Source: Patescibacteria group bacterium (GTDB taxonomy: Bacteria > Patescibacteriota > Patescibacteriia > JAXHNJ01). Taken from it: a stretch of DNA of 64,000 bases. The position numbers and the translations under genes were made by a program. The stretch spans positions 608,660 to 672,659 of the forward strand of contig JAXHNJ010000002.1 of NCBI GenBank assembly GCA_034520665.1. Reading direction: 5' to 3'. The notes under the pieces were generated by a model. That model was given only the letters and a program-made list of their open reading frames with translations, ran no database searches and was not told where the DNA came from. Positions 48,520 to 58,973 of the stretch are shown one piece after another (position 1 is the stretch's first letter; each line of letters starts with the position of its first letter).

Positions 48520-49956
48520 ATGGTAAAAGAACCAATAAAAAATATAGATTATACAAAAAAAGAAACCTTAAAAAAATACCAGGATTATTTAGAGTATCTA
48601 TATACTTTTGATAAATATAAAGATGCTTATGCTATGGCCAGGGCTTTGCCTAATATATTGAGTAAAATTGATAATTTTAAAGAAAAATATCAGAGTTTTT
48701 ATAAATCTTATCAGGAAGTAATAAAATATGCCAAAATATTATCCATAAATTTTCTGAAAGAAGAAGAAATTATTGAATTATTTCGTAATAACCTCTTTGA
48801 AATATTAGATATTGACTTTCCTGAAATATATGAAAAAGTTAAAACGAAAATATCTACGCTCATGTTTTTTGAAGATAGAGATGCTTTAAAGAAAAAATTA
48901 ATTGCTGCTATACAGGAAAATAATCAGAAAGTAGGAGAAGAAGAGATAGTAGTTAATGAAAAGAGTACAGAGCCGACTATAAAAGACTGGTTAAGAGACT
49001 GCCAAATAAATATGGATTTGAAAAAAAATGATGCTTTAAGTTTAGCTGCATTTATTAATAACAGTAAAAATATCCAAAATCTAAAAAAGGAAAGGGATAA
49101 AATAATAATCTCTAAACTTTATGAAATCTACAATAATTTACACATTTCATCTAGTTCAATGGAAGGCTTGGAAAGAAAAATTACAGTTATTGATAAAAAT
49201 GGGGTAAAGAGGGTTTTTAATAATGGCAGAATGGAAAAAATTAACGTTGATGAAAAAACAAAAAAGGAATTTGATATTGCTGAAAAAATACTTATAAAAT
49301 ACGGTTATAAAAGAAAAGAGGAAAGCAATGAACCAGAAGCTAAAACTTCCTTAAAAAAGGAAACAGAAAAAACAGATAGGGAAAAAGATAAAGCTTTAAA
49401 AAAAGAGACAAAAAACATTCAAGATAAAGTAAAAAGATCTTTAGGCAAATATCAAGAGCTAATGAGGGGGATAAATAATGAGGAAGCTAATATTATTAAA
49501 TCTTCCGGCCAGAATAGTGAAAAAATAAAATTAGAATTATTTGATAACATAAAAGAAAATAATGGAGAAAATTTATCCGCCTACCTTTTTATCCTATCAC
49601 GTTTAAGAGAGCTAAAAAATATAAACAAAGAAGAGAAATTTAAAGATATTTTCAAACAAGAGATTATACTTCTTCTAAAAAAACAAATGCCGGAACTAGA
49701 CGAACAAAAACAGATTAGTAAATTTGAAGAAAATTTTAATCATCCAATTTATACTAAAATATTTATTAAATACTTATTATCCAAAGCCTTCTCTTCCGAT
49801 AAATCAGCCGGGTCTTTTGTAGCTACGCAATTGGAGAATATATTCATGGCCTTGAATCAAAAAGAGCTTTTGGGTTTGGCTTACTTTGACTTAAAAACTG
49901 AAAACTATAAATGGGCTGAGACCAGTTTAGAAAATGGTCAACTTGTTCTAAGATAA
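48520..49956 (+). CDS. Hypothetical protein sharing a domain with 52819-54597
   Basis: NNQ.VG...PTI.DWL.D motif. Confidence 0.75.
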   Translation: MVKEPIKNIDYTKKETLKKYQDYLEYLYTFDKYKDAYAMARALPNILSKIDNFKEKYQSFYKSYQEVIKYAKILSINFLKEEEIIELFRNNLFEILDIDFPEIYEKVKTKISTLMFFEDRDALKKKLIAAIQENNQKVGEEEIVVNEKSTEPTIKDWLRDCQINMDLKKNDALSLAAFINNSKNIQNLKKERDKIIISKLYEIYNNLHISSSSMEGLERKITVIDKNGVKRVFNNGRMEKINVDEKTKKEFDIAEKILIKYGYKRKEESNEPEAKTSLKKETEKTDREKDKALKKETKNIQDKVKRSLGKYQELMRGINNEEANIIKSSGQNSEKIKLELFDNIKENNGENLSAYLFILSRLRELKNINKEEKFKDIFKQEIILLLKKQMPELDEQKQISKFEENFNHPIYTKIFIKYLLSKAFSSDKSAGSFVATQLENIFMALNQKELLGLAYFDLKTENYKWAETSLENGQLVLR

Positions 49957-49970
49957 TTAAATTTTAACCA

Positions 49971-50001
49971 AAAACCAGGCTTTTAATAAACTGGTTTTTT
50001 T
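49971..50001 (+). terminator. Intrinsic terminator
   Basis: aaaaccag...ctggtttttttt. Confidence 0.55.
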
Positions 50002-50038
50002 ATTTGATTTTAGCCAAAAAATAAGCTAAAATAATTAT

Positions 50039-50347
50039 ATGCGTTTTACTCTAAATAAAAATAATATCCGTCTAAATACACCGACTTTACTCAAGAAGTG
50101 TGGTTATCATTATACGGGTATGTTTCGGGGTGAGCCTGGTTTTGCTCGGCGGGCCGGGAGAAGCCGCTATCCCCAGTTTCATATTTATGTTAATGAAGAG
50201 AGTCAGGATAAATTGGTTTTAAATTTACATCTGGACGCTAAAAAGGCCAGCTATGCTGGCAGCAAAATGCACGCCGGGGAGTATGATACCGAGGTTGTGA
50301 AACAGGAGATTCAAAGAATAGACGATATTATTAATAATCTTTCATGA
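50039..50347 (+). CDS. Small hypothetical protein
   Basis: 102-aa ORF with 'YPQFHIY...LHLD.KK.SY....HAGEY'. Confidence 0.75.
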   Translation: MRFTLNKNNIRLNTPTLLKKCGYHYTGMFRGEPGFARRAGRSRYPQFHIYVNEESQDKLVLNLHLDAKKASYAGSKMHAGEYDTEVVKQEIQRIDDIINNLS

Positions 50348-50828
50348 AAAAATATAATCTTAAGAACCAAGTTCATTTCATCACTATTAATACATATAAA
50401 AAATACTGGCTTTTTAAGAAAGAAAATCTTTGCCAAATAGTAATTGATAATCTAAATTTTTACCGCCGTAAATTTAGTTTTAAATTATTGGGTTACGTAA
50501 TTATGCCTAATCATCTACATTTATTAATTCAATTAAATAAAAAATATAATGATATTTCAAAGGTAATGAGGGATTTTAAGAAATTTACAAGTGTTCAAAT
50601 TATAAAGCAGTTAATAAAAGAAAATGAAAAAGATTTACTTAAAACATTTTCTATGACTGGTAAAATTTTTAATTATCCCTCTACTCTGGGTACTGCCCGA
50701 TCCTCAGATCGGGCTAGTCTCTCGGCCGAATCTGAGGATTCGGCCTACCCGACTAGTTTTAGAAAGAAAAGAAAATATTCAGTCTGGATGAATGATTTTT
50801 ACGACTTTAACATCTATTCCGAGAATCT
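50344..50828 (+). pseudogene. REP-associated tyrosine transposase (RAYT/Y1_Tnp), 3'-truncated
   Basis: HFITINT, YVIMPNHLHLLI (HUH), RDFKKFTS, W...FYDFNIYSE; a REP copy replaces the catalytic Y..NP segment. Confidence 0.8.
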
Positions 50829-50871
50829 TCTACTCTGGGTACTGCCCGATCCTCAGATCGGGCTAGTCTCT
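50680..50871. repeat. REP-like hairpins: exact 43-bp direct repeat plus one inverted variant
   Basis: 50680-50722 = 50829-50871 (gggtac-t-gcccgatc-ctca-gatcgggc); inverted variant at 50724-50750 (revcomp gggtag-gccgaatc-ctca-gattcggcc). Confidence 0.9.
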
Positions 50872-50886
50872 AAAAAATTTATCTAT

Positions 50887-51672
50887 ATGAAAAAAATAAA
50901 TAAATTAATTTTTAAAAAACTCTATCAACCACCCAAAAATTCCCACAAAGGCGACAACGGTGTTTTATTGATTTTAGCCGGTTCAAAAAAGTACCACGGG
51001 GCTCCTTGGTATGCTATTGAAGCGGCTTCAAAAATTGTTGATTTGATTTATTTTCATTCAGATCCAATGGCTATGCGCTTAATGGAAGAAATAAAAAAGA
51101 AAACTCCGTCTTTCATTGTAGTCAGTAAAAAAGAATTATCGAAAACAATTCAAAAATCAGATTGTCTTTTAATTGGTCCGGGTTGGGGTAAAAATGAAGC
51201 TAATAAAAAATTAATAAATAATTTATTAAAAAAGCATAAAAATAAAAAATTCGTTTTAGATGCTGATGCTCTGGCTTTAGTTAATTTAAAGCAGTTAAAT
51301 AAAAATATTCTGATTACTCCCCACAGCAGCGAGTTTAAAAAATTATTTAACATAAAAGCCAATCAGGAAAATCTCAAAAAAATGGCTAAAAAGTATCGGG
51401 TCAATATATTATTAAAAGGAAAAAAAGATATTATTTGCTCGCCCCAGGCATGTTTTTTCAATACTCGAGGTAATCAAGGTATGACCAAAGGCGGCACCGG
51501 TGATGTTCTGGCCGGTTTAATTAGCGCTTTGGCTTGTAAAAATGATTTATTAACCGCCACTAAAGCTGGCTGTTTAGTTAATGGCTTAGCCGGAGATAAA
51601 TTATATAAAAAATACAAAGTTTATTATAACGCTCGGGATTTGATTAAAGAAATACCTAAAATTTTAAAATAA
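50887..51672 (+). CDS. nnrD: ADP-dependent NAD(P)H-hydrate dehydratase
   Basis: SHKGDNG..LILAGS..YHGAP, VLDADAL, ITPH..EF, GGTGDVLAG; own ATG at 50887. Confidence 0.92.
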   Translation: MKKINKLIFKKLYQPPKNSHKGDNGVLLILAGSKKYHGAPWYAIEAASKIVDLIYFHSDPMAMRLMEEIKKKTPSFIVVSKKELSKTIQKSDCLLIGPGWGKNEANKKLINNLLKKHKNKKFVLDADALALVNLKQLNKNILITPHSSEFKKLFNIKANQENLKKMAKKYRVNILLKGKKDIICSPQACFFNTRGNQGMTKGGTGDVLAGLISALACKNDLLTATKAGCLVNGLAGDKLYKKYKVYYNARDLIKEIPKILK

Positions 51673-51872
51673 TGGAAATATACCGCAACTAAAGGGAATC
51701 AAGAAACATAGAAATTTTGATCATTGGATCATTTGAATTTGAAATTTGAAATTTGTTTTTAGTACTTGGGTCTAAAATACATCTAAAATCAAGACACTGA
51801 CCCCTCAAAAAAGCCTATTAAACTTTCTTTGTCTAAACAAACATTATATGGTATAATAAACAAGTAAAATAT

Positions 51873-52817
51873 ATGCCTAATTTTGTCTTACCTTTTTCAA
51901 AAATAAGCAAAAAAGACGTGAAAAAAGCCGGTGGTAAGGGCGCTTCTTTGGGTGAAATGACAGGCATAAAATTACCAGTACCACCTGGATTTGTAGTTTT
52001 AGCCAATGCTTTTGAAAAATATTTAAAAGATACGGATATTAATGTAGAAATTGAAGCAGCTTTGGATAAAGTAAGTGTTAAAGATGTTAACAGTGTGGAA
52101 AGAACTTCAAGCAAAATTAGAGATTTAATCCATGATTTTAAAGTTTCTTTAGACATAAAAAAACAAATTGAAAAAGCCTTTGATAATTTAAAAAGTAAAT
52201 TTGTAGCGGTCCGCAGTTCAGCTACAGCTGAAGATTCAAAAATAGCTTCTTGGGCTGGTGAATTGGAAACTTATCTCTTTGTTGATAAAAAGAATTTAAT
52301 GGATAAAGTAAGAACTTGCTGGTCTTCCTTATACACTCCTCGGGCTATTTTTTACCGCTTTGAAAAGGGGCTACATAAAAGAAAGGTGGGAGTAGCTGTA
52401 GTAGTTCAGGATATGATTGATTCAGAAGTTTCCGGGGTGGCTTTTACCGTTCATCCGGTTACCCGCGATAAAAACCAAATGGTGATTGAAGCGGTCTTAG
52501 GCCAGGGTGAAGCCATTGTCTCCGGTCAAGTGACTCCTGACACTTATGTTATTGATAAAGAAGATGATTATATTGTTGATATAAATATTTCTGAACAAAA
52601 AGAAAAAATAGCTTATAAAAAAAATGGCGGGACTAAGAAAGTAAAAATAGTAAATAAAGATATTGGAAAACAAAAATTAAGCGGCCAAGAAATAATAGGG
52701 CTGAGTAAAATCTGCAGCCAGATAGAAAAGCATTACCGCCATCCACAGGATATTGAATGGGCTCGGGCAAAAAATAAATTTTATATAACCCAATCAAGAC
52801 CAATAACTACCTTATAA
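51873..52817 (+). CDS. PEP synthase/PPDK N-terminal nucleotide-binding domain, stand-alone
   Basis: GGKGASLGEM, AVRSSATAED, QDIEWA, QSRPIT then stop. Confidence 0.9.
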   Translation: MPNFVLPFSKISKKDVKKAGGKGASLGEMTGIKLPVPPGFVVLANAFEKYLKDTDINVEIEAALDKVSVKDVNSVERTSSKIRDLIHDFKVSLDIKKQIEKAFDNLKSKFVAVRSSATAEDSKIASWAGELETYLFVDKKNLMDKVRTCWSSLYTPRAIFYRFEKGLHKRKVGVAVVVQDMIDSEVSGVAFTVHPVTRDKNQMVIEAVLGQGEAIVSGQVTPDTYVIDKEDDYIVDINISEQKEKIAYKKNGGTKKVKIVNKDIGKQKLSGQEIIGLSKICSQIEKHYRHPQDIEWARAKNKFYITQSRPITTL

Positions 52818-52818
52818 T

Positions 52819-54597
52819 ATGACGGAGGGAAAATCCATACAACTGATAAGTGAAGAAGATTTATTTGAAGAAATTCAAACTAATCTCTTAGAATTAATTT
52901 CCGACAGTGATTTTGTTTTAGAGTTTAAGCTAAGGCTTATTTCCTGGCTTCCCTCAGACCGCCAGAAATTTATTAATCAAATAGTTGAAGCTCTTAAAAA
53001 TAATAATCAGTCAGTCGGTACTTTTATGGTTTCAGCCGAAGGCCATAAAATGCCCCCAACTGTTTCTAACTGGCTTAAAGACTTTGAACAAAGTGTTGGT
53101 GAGAATTTTAATCAAAAAAAGAAAGAGGAATATCTTAATTCCCCAGAATTTAAAAAGATAGAACTGGGACCGAGAACACTGCTGCAAAATCTTTTTGAAT
53201 TTTATGAATTAATAAAGTCTTTTCAAAAAGAACCGGAAAAAGTGGAAAAAATGATGGTGCGTGATAAAAAAGGCAATCTTCATGTTATGGATAGAGGAGA
53301 GTTATATGATTTAGAGAAAAAAACTTCATCTTTAGAAAAAGAAAAAGAATCTGACGTGGCTTTTACTTCTGATCCCGTTCCCGATAGATTTTCGGCGGAT
53401 AAAAAATCTACAGCCGATAAGTCTATTTCTTCTAAAGCTACGGTGGATCCGGAAGAAAAAAAGAAAATTAAGCCAGAGGAACCATATGAAAAGAAAAAGC
53501 AAGAATTTCCTAAAGAAAAAGCGACTAAAATTGAAGAAAAGCCTAAAAAAGAGGAAAGCCAACCAGAGGCCAAAAAACCAGAAAAACCGATTGCTTCTTC
53601 CTATATGTATCCTGAGGATGAAGAAGAAATCAGGGCTCAAAAAGATAATCTGTCCTCATATTCTCTGCCTAATATGGTTACATCTAATTCGGTTATTAAG
53701 GAAATAATTGAAAAGAATAATATTAATTTTTCGGATGATAATTTAGAAAAAAGATTTAAATCAATTTGCATTTCATATTTTAAAGGTATCCGCAATGAAA
53801 GAAGAACTAAAGATTTATTAATGCGCTCCACTAAAGTGGGAGGCCTGAATTATTCTGAAGATACAGCTCAAAATATTATTGAAATTCTGGAAAAAAATAA
53901 GGATAAAATTGATAAAATTCCACACGAGGAAGAAAAAAAAGAAGTAAAACAGAAAGTACCTACTCCCAGAGAAGCTTTAGAAAAAGCTATGGCTGATAAA
54001 GAAGTTATAAAGAGTAAAGAAGATATTAAAGCAGAAAAACCAGCCACTGAACAAAAAAGACCCGAACTCAAAAAAAGCAAAAATATTAAACCAAAATTTA
54101 AAGAAGAAAAAAGAAAAAAAACAAAAGAGGAAGAAAAAAAAGAGCCTATTTTACCAAAGACAGAATTATCACCAAAAACTGAAAAAAAGAAAGATATTAA
54201 AGTTGCCCGGCCAACCTCATCAGTCCGTGGAAAGAGGAAAATTGAAGATATAAAAGGTAAAACTAAATTACTGGGTCCTATTGATGAATTAAAGGAAATG
54301 AATCTTCGTGATTTTTCAAGATTGGGCTCTGATAAAAACAGTGCGGCTCAGAAAATTTATGAAAAATTAAATTTATTAAAGGAAGATTCTTTTTCAAAAT
54401 ATTCGAAAGGTGTTAAAGCGTGGCGGGAATCTGAAATTTATAATTTATATCTTGAAATGGGCCGTCAGAGTATGGAAAACCAAAAAACTATTCGGGAAAT
54501 AATTGAACAAAGAAAAAAAGAAAATCAGCCCTATTTAAGTGAACAACAATTTAACGAAATTGTTGATTTAAATAAAAAATTAAGCTTTAGTTTATGA
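52819..54597 (+). CDS. Hypothetical T4SS-cluster protein with K/E/P-rich linkers
   Basis: 592-aa ORF overlapping the start of the PrgI gene. Confidence 0.75.
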   Translation: MTEGKSIQLISEEDLFEEIQTNLLELISDSDFVLEFKLRLISWLPSDRQKFINQIVEALKNNNQSVGTFMVSAEGHKMPPTVSNWLKDFEQSVGENFNQKKKEEYLNSPEFKKIELGPRTLLQNLFEFYELIKSFQKEPEKVEKMMVRDKKGNLHVMDRGELYDLEKKTSSLEKEKESDVAFTSDPVPDRFSADKKSTADKSISSKATVDPEEKKKIKPEEPYEKKKQEFPKEKATKIEEKPKKEESQPEAKKPEKPIASSYMYPEDEEEIRAQKDNLSSYSLPNMVTSNSVIKEIIEKNNINFSDDNLEKRFKSICISYFKGIRNERRTKDLLMRSTKVGGLNYSEDTAQNIIEILEKNKDKIDKIPHEEEKKEVKQKVPTPREALEKAMADKEVIKSKEDIKAEKPATEQKRPELKKSKNIKPKFKEEKRKKTKEEEKKEPILPKTELSPKTEKKKDIKVARPTSSVRGKRKIEDIKGKTKLLGPIDELKEMNLRDFSRLGSDKNSAAQKIYEKLNLLKEDSFSKYSKGVKAWRESEIYNLYLEMGRQSMENQKTIREIIEQRKKENQPYLSEQQFNEIVDLNKKLSFSL

Positions 54598-55082
54598 GAC
54601 AATACACAGTGCCACAATTTATAGATATTGAAAGTAAAATTATCGGTTCTATTTCAGTGAGGCAATTTATTATTTTATTGGCTGGTGGTATTGTTATTTA
54701 TCTTAATTATGAATTGTTTGGTTCTATAAATTTCTGGTATTTTGGCATAACTTCTTTGTTTATATTTGCCTTTACAGGGACTTTAGCTTTTTTGAAAATA
54801 AATGGACAGTCTTTTCAATATTTTTTACTTAATATCTTTAATATTATTAAAGATCCGAGATTAAGAGTTTGGAATAAGGAATTTAGTAAGAAAGATTTTC
54901 AAGTTAAAAAATCTAAATCACCCGATACAAAAGTAATAGCTAAAAAAGAACCGCTTTCTTTATCGCATTTAAACCGTCTTTCTTTAGTGGTTGATACAGG
55001 CGGGGCTTATAAGGACGAAGACAAAATATTTAAAAAATCAACAGTTAAATATATTAAAAGAAAAAAAGATAATAATGAGTAA
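54594..55082 (+). CDS. PrgI family (VirB3-like) membrane protein
   Basis: VPQFIDIESKIIGSISVRQF, two TM helices. Confidence 0.85.
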   Translation: MRQYTVPQFIDIESKIIGSISVRQFIILLAGGIVIYLNYELFGSINFWYFGITSLFIFAFTGTLAFLKINGQSFQYFLLNIFNIIKDPRLRVWNKEFSKKDFQVKKSKSPDTKVIAKKEPLSLSHLNRLSLVVDTGGAYKDEDKIFKKSTVKYIKRKKDNNE

Positions 55083-55764
55083 AAAAAAGAAAGTAAAAAA
55101 AATAAAAAATAAGAAATCTGCTTCTACCCAGAAATATCTAGATATAATGGAAATTAAGGATAATTGTGTTATTCTTAAAGACGGCACTTTAAGAGCAGTT
55201 TTGATTGTTTCTTCTATTAATTTTTCCTTAAAATCAAATGAAGAGCAGGATGCGGTTATACAGAATTATGTACAATTCTTAAATTCTCTTAAATTTAATC
55301 TACAAATAGTAATACAGTCAAGAAAATTAAATATTGAAGGATATTTGAATAGGCTTCTAAAAATAGAAAAAGAACAAACAAATGAACTTTTAAAAATGCA
55401 AACCAAAGAATACAGACAATACATTACTGAATTAGTAGAAATGGCTGATATAATGAGTAAGAAATTCTATGTAGTTATTCCCTATACAGGACAAGGAGAA
55501 AAACCAAAAAAGTTTTGGAATAGATTAACTGAAGCCATTTCTCCCGGAAAAGTTATACATATAAAAAAGAAAAAGTTTAATAAATATAAGACACAGTTAT
55601 TTAAACAAGTGGATTTTGTCAGAGACAATCTCTCCTCAATCGGCTTAAGGGCCGAGCCACTAGATACCCAGAGTTTAATTGAATTGTATTATAATACTTA
55701 CAATCCGGAAACTTATGACCAACAAAAATTAACTGATGTAGAAAAAATAAATTTAGAGAAATAA
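55075..55764 (+). CDS. TraC-like / VirB4-associated N-terminal protein
   Basis: SSINFSLKS..EQDA...FLNSL.F.LQIVIQSR; located between PrgI and VirB4. Confidence 0.75.
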   Translation: MSKKKKVKKIKNKKSASTQKYLDIMEIKDNCVILKDGTLRAVLIVSSINFSLKSNEEQDAVIQNYVQFLNSLKFNLQIVIQSRKLNIEGYLNRLLKIEKEQTNELLKMQTKEYRQYITELVEMADIMSKKFYVVIPYTGQGEKPKKFWNRLTEAISPGKVIHIKKKKFNKYKTQLFKQVDFVRDNLSSIGLRAEPLDTQSLIELYYNTYNPETYDQQKLTDVEKINLEK

Positions 55765-55767
55765 ATT

Positions 55768-57777
55768 ATGGCTGATATAAATCTATCAAAATTTAAATCA
55801 GAAAAAGAAAAAGAGGTAGCTTCGGAAGAGAGTAAAAAGAAAAATTTGAAACCGGAAGAAGAAAAAGATCTGATTGAAGCCGAAAGAATTTATCAAAAAG
55901 GCGCTGTTTCAGTTAGAGACTTAATAGCTCCGGCGGCTGTTAATATTGAAAAAGATTATATAAATTTAGGTAGTCAATTTGTGCGTACAATATTTGTGGT
56001 TACTTATCCGCGCTATATTTCAGTGGGCTGGTTTGCTCCAGTAATAAACTTAAACTTGACCTTGGATGTTAGTATGTTCTTTTATCCGGTTGAATCAAAA
56101 GTAATTTTAAAACAACTTAAAAATAGAGTCGGTGTTTTAGAAGCTCAGATAATGTCAGATGCGGAAAAAGGAGCCCCCCGTGATCCGGTGAGAGAAACGG
56201 CTTTGAAAGACATTGAAAAATTAAGAGATGGTTTAACTCAAGGGGTAGAAAGATTTTTTCAATTTGCTCTTTATGTCAGTGTTTATGCTGATAGTAAAAA
56301 AGAACTGAATAATATAACAGAAAAAATAGAATCAATTTTTGGCTCGGTTTTGGTTTATACTAAGAGAGTGCTTTTTCAGGCTGAGCAAGGCTTCAATTCC
56401 ACAGTGCCTTTGGGTTTGGATGAACTGCAAATAGCTTTTAATATGAATTCCAGTCCTTGTGCTTCTTCTTTCCCTTTTGTTTCAGCCGATTTAACTTCAG
56501 AAAATGGTATTCTTTACGGCATTAATCGTCATAATAACAGTCTTATTCTTTATGATCGTTTCTCTCTGGAGAATGCTAACTTTAATGTTTTTGCTACCTC
56601 AGGTTCTGGTAAGAGTTATGCTATTAAACTGGAAGTTCTACGCTCACTTATGTTGGGCGCTGATGTTATTATTATTGATCCGGAAATGGAGTATAAATAT
56701 ATTTCAGATGCGGTTGGCGGTACTTATATTAATATTTCCTTAAATTCTGAAAGTAAGATTAACCCCTTTGATTTACCCAAATCAGTATACAGTGGTGAGA
56801 AACCGGCTGATATTATTCGTTCAGCCGTTATTACCTTAAAATCTCTTTTACGTTTAATGCTGGGAGATTTAACTCATGAAGAAGATTCCATTATTGATCG
56901 GGCTTTATTAGAAACTTATTCTACTCATGATATTACAGCTGATTCTGATTTAGAAAAAGTTAAACCTCCTTTAATGAAGGATTTACAAAATGTTCTTGAG
57001 GGTATGGTCGGAGCTGAAGAATTAGTCCAAAGAGTAAAAAAATATACTGAAGGAACATTTTCCGGTCTTTTTAACAGCCCGACAAATGTAGAAGTTGAAA
57101 ATCAATTGGTCATATTTTCGGTCCGTGATTTAGAGGATGAATTAAGACCGATTGGTATCTCTATGATTATTTCTTATGTTTGGAATGTGGTTCGTTCGCA
57201 AATGAAAAAACGTATTTTAGTTATTGATGAAGCTTGGTGGCTTATGCAAAATGAAGACTCCGCCAAATTTATTTACGCTTTAGTAAAACGCTGCCGCAAA
57301 TATTATCTTGGTGTGACTACTATTACCCAGGATGTTAATGACTTTTTACGCTCACCCTATGGGCAGGCTATTGTTAATAATTCGGCTCTTAAACTTTTGA
57401 TGAAACAATCTCCGTCTAGTATTGATATTGTGGCTAAAACTTTTCTTTTAACTCAAGGGGAAAGATACTTGCTTTTAGAGTCGGGCGTGGGAGAAGGTAT
57501 CTTTTTTGCCGGTACCCGGCACGCAGCTATAAAAATCGTCGCTTCCTATGCTGAGGATCAAATTATAACTTCTGACCCCAAGCAACTTTTAGAAATTGAA
57601 GAAGCCAAAAAAGAATTTAAAGATCAGATGGTAGAAGACGACGAAGAACAACAAGAAGAGGGGATAAAAGGAGAAGAGGCAGAAAGCCCGGTTAATAAAA
57701 TTGGCGAAAAACCTGAAGCTAAGGAGGAAAGTATCAGAGGTATAAATATTAGTAAAGACAGCCAAGGTTTAGGTTAA
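55768..57777 (+). CDS. VirB4-like T4SS ATPase
   Basis: ATSGSGKS Walker A, IIIDPE, LVIDEAW, KRCRKY..G....TQ. Confidence 0.92.
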   Translation: MADINLSKFKSEKEKEVASEESKKKNLKPEEEKDLIEAERIYQKGAVSVRDLIAPAAVNIEKDYINLGSQFVRTIFVVTYPRYISVGWFAPVINLNLTLDVSMFFYPVESKVILKQLKNRVGVLEAQIMSDAEKGAPRDPVRETALKDIEKLRDGLTQGVERFFQFALYVSVYADSKKELNNITEKIESIFGSVLVYTKRVLFQAEQGFNSTVPLGLDELQIAFNMNSSPCASSFPFVSADLTSENGILYGINRHNNSLILYDRFSLENANFNVFATSGSGKSYAIKLEVLRSLMLGADVIIIDPEMEYKYISDAVGGTYINISLNSESKINPFDLPKSVYSGEKPADIIRSAVITLKSLLRLMLGDLTHEEDSIIDRALLETYSTHDITADSDLEKVKPPLMKDLQNVLEGMVGAEELVQRVKKYTEGTFSGLFNSPTNVEVENQLVIFSVRDLEDELRPIGISMIISYVWNVVRSQMKKRILVIDEAWWLMQNEDSAKFIYALVKRCRKYYLGVTTITQDVNDFLRSPYGQAIVNNSALKLLMKQSPSSIDIVAKTFLLTQGERYLLLESGVGEGIFFAGTRHAAIKIVASYAEDQIITSDPKQLLEIEEAKKEFKDQMVEDDEEQQEEGIKGEEAESPVNKIGEKPEAKEESIRGINISKDSQGLG

Positions 57778-57792
57778 TTAAAATATAAATAT

Positions 57793-58404
57793 ATGAAAAA
57801 ATTATCTATTATCATTATGGTAGCCGTTATAATTATTTTAGGAGGTCTGGCCTTTGTATTTTTTTATTGGTATGAGGGTAATGGCAATGTGAATGACGAC
57901 AATCTTAATCAAGCAAATACTAATTTTGCTTTAAATTTAAATCAGAATCAAAATCTAAATCTTTCGGTTAATACAAATGCGAATAATAATACTAATTCGG
58001 CTATTGATAAAAGTAAAGAAAAAAATGAAATAATAGGAATGGCCCATACTTTTGCTGAACGTTTCGGCAGTTATTCAAACAAAAATGATTTTGAAAATTT
58101 AGAAAACCTTAAATCATGGATGACTTCTAGCTACCAAAAAGATATAGATAGCTATATTGAAGAACAAGAGAAAATTAGATCTGAAGACGATGATTATAAA
58201 GCTATGGTGAGTAAAGTAATTTCTAATAAAATAACTAATTTTTCCGACGAAAGCGCTAGAGTAGAGTTATTAACTGAAAGAACTGAAGAAGATCTAACAG
58301 ATACTCTGGATAATTATTATCAGAAATTAGTTTTAGAGTTAAAAAAAATTGATAATACATGGAAAATTAATGCTGCTTCCTGGGGTGAAAAGAGTGATCT
58401 ATAA
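57793..58404 (+). CDS. Bitopic VirB8/TcpC-like (NTF2-type) protein
   Basis: TM, Asn-rich linker, 'FAERFGSYS...L.LKKIDNTWKI'. Confidence 0.55.
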   Translation: MKKLSIIIMVAVIIILGGLAFVFFYWYEGNGNVNDDNLNQANTNFALNLNQNQNLNLSVNTNANNNTNSAIDKSKEKNEIIGMAHTFAERFGSYSNKNDFENLENLKSWMTSSYQKDIDSYIEEQEKIRSEDDDYKAMVSKVISNKITNFSDESARVELLTERTEEDLTDTLDNYYQKLVLELKKIDNTWKINAASWGEKSDL

Positions 58405-58414
58405 AATATAAGTT

Positions 58415-58957
58415 ATGAAAGAATTAGATGAAAAAAAAAAGAGTGAAAATAAAGATAGGGAAATTGAAAGAGAGTTAAAAGAAAAACGTTTTAATGAAAG
58501 AAACATTAATCAAGAAAATTTACGTGAAATTCCTGAAACCCAAGCGGATGATGGGGAAACTCCAGAAGAATATAGAAATTCATCCTCTGAAAAAGATGGA
58601 TTAGATTTTAATCAGGAAGATACAAAAAAGGAGGAAGAAGAAGATGAGGAAAGACAAAGAAGAAGAAAATTAGAAAAGAGTAAGAAAAATAGCCAAAGAG
58701 GAGGTTAGAGAAAAAGTCAAAAAGTAGTTAAAAAAGCAGCTAAAAGTTTTTAAAAATACTCATTCAAAAGAATAATGATACCAAATTCTGGGGCTATCGT
58801 CAGTTTTTTTCTGGCTACCTGGTATATTTGGCTTGATTTTGGCAGTAATTATTTTTCTGATTATTTTAGGACATTACATTTATGAAAATCCTAGCGAGAT
58901 TACAAATTTTTTGGATAAAGAAACTTTTGAGGGCTTAAAGGCAATTTTTAAGTCCTG
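58415..58957 (+). CDS. Hypothetical protein with acidic N-terminus and TM C-terminus; apparent frameshifts
   Basis: ORF 58415-58708 continues in other frames into a hydrophobic segment; start of the error-rich zone. Confidence 0.45.
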
Positions 58958-58973
58958 ATTATTAAATTATAAT

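Noticed and set aside
50344-51672. Functional transposase-NnrD fusion protein (442 aa)
   Set aside because: The junction is REP sequence, the transposase lacks its catalytic Tyr, and nnrD has its own ATG at 50887
51715-51755. Short gatcatt/tttgaaa tandem repeats
   Set aside because: Few degenerate units and no associated gene; low information
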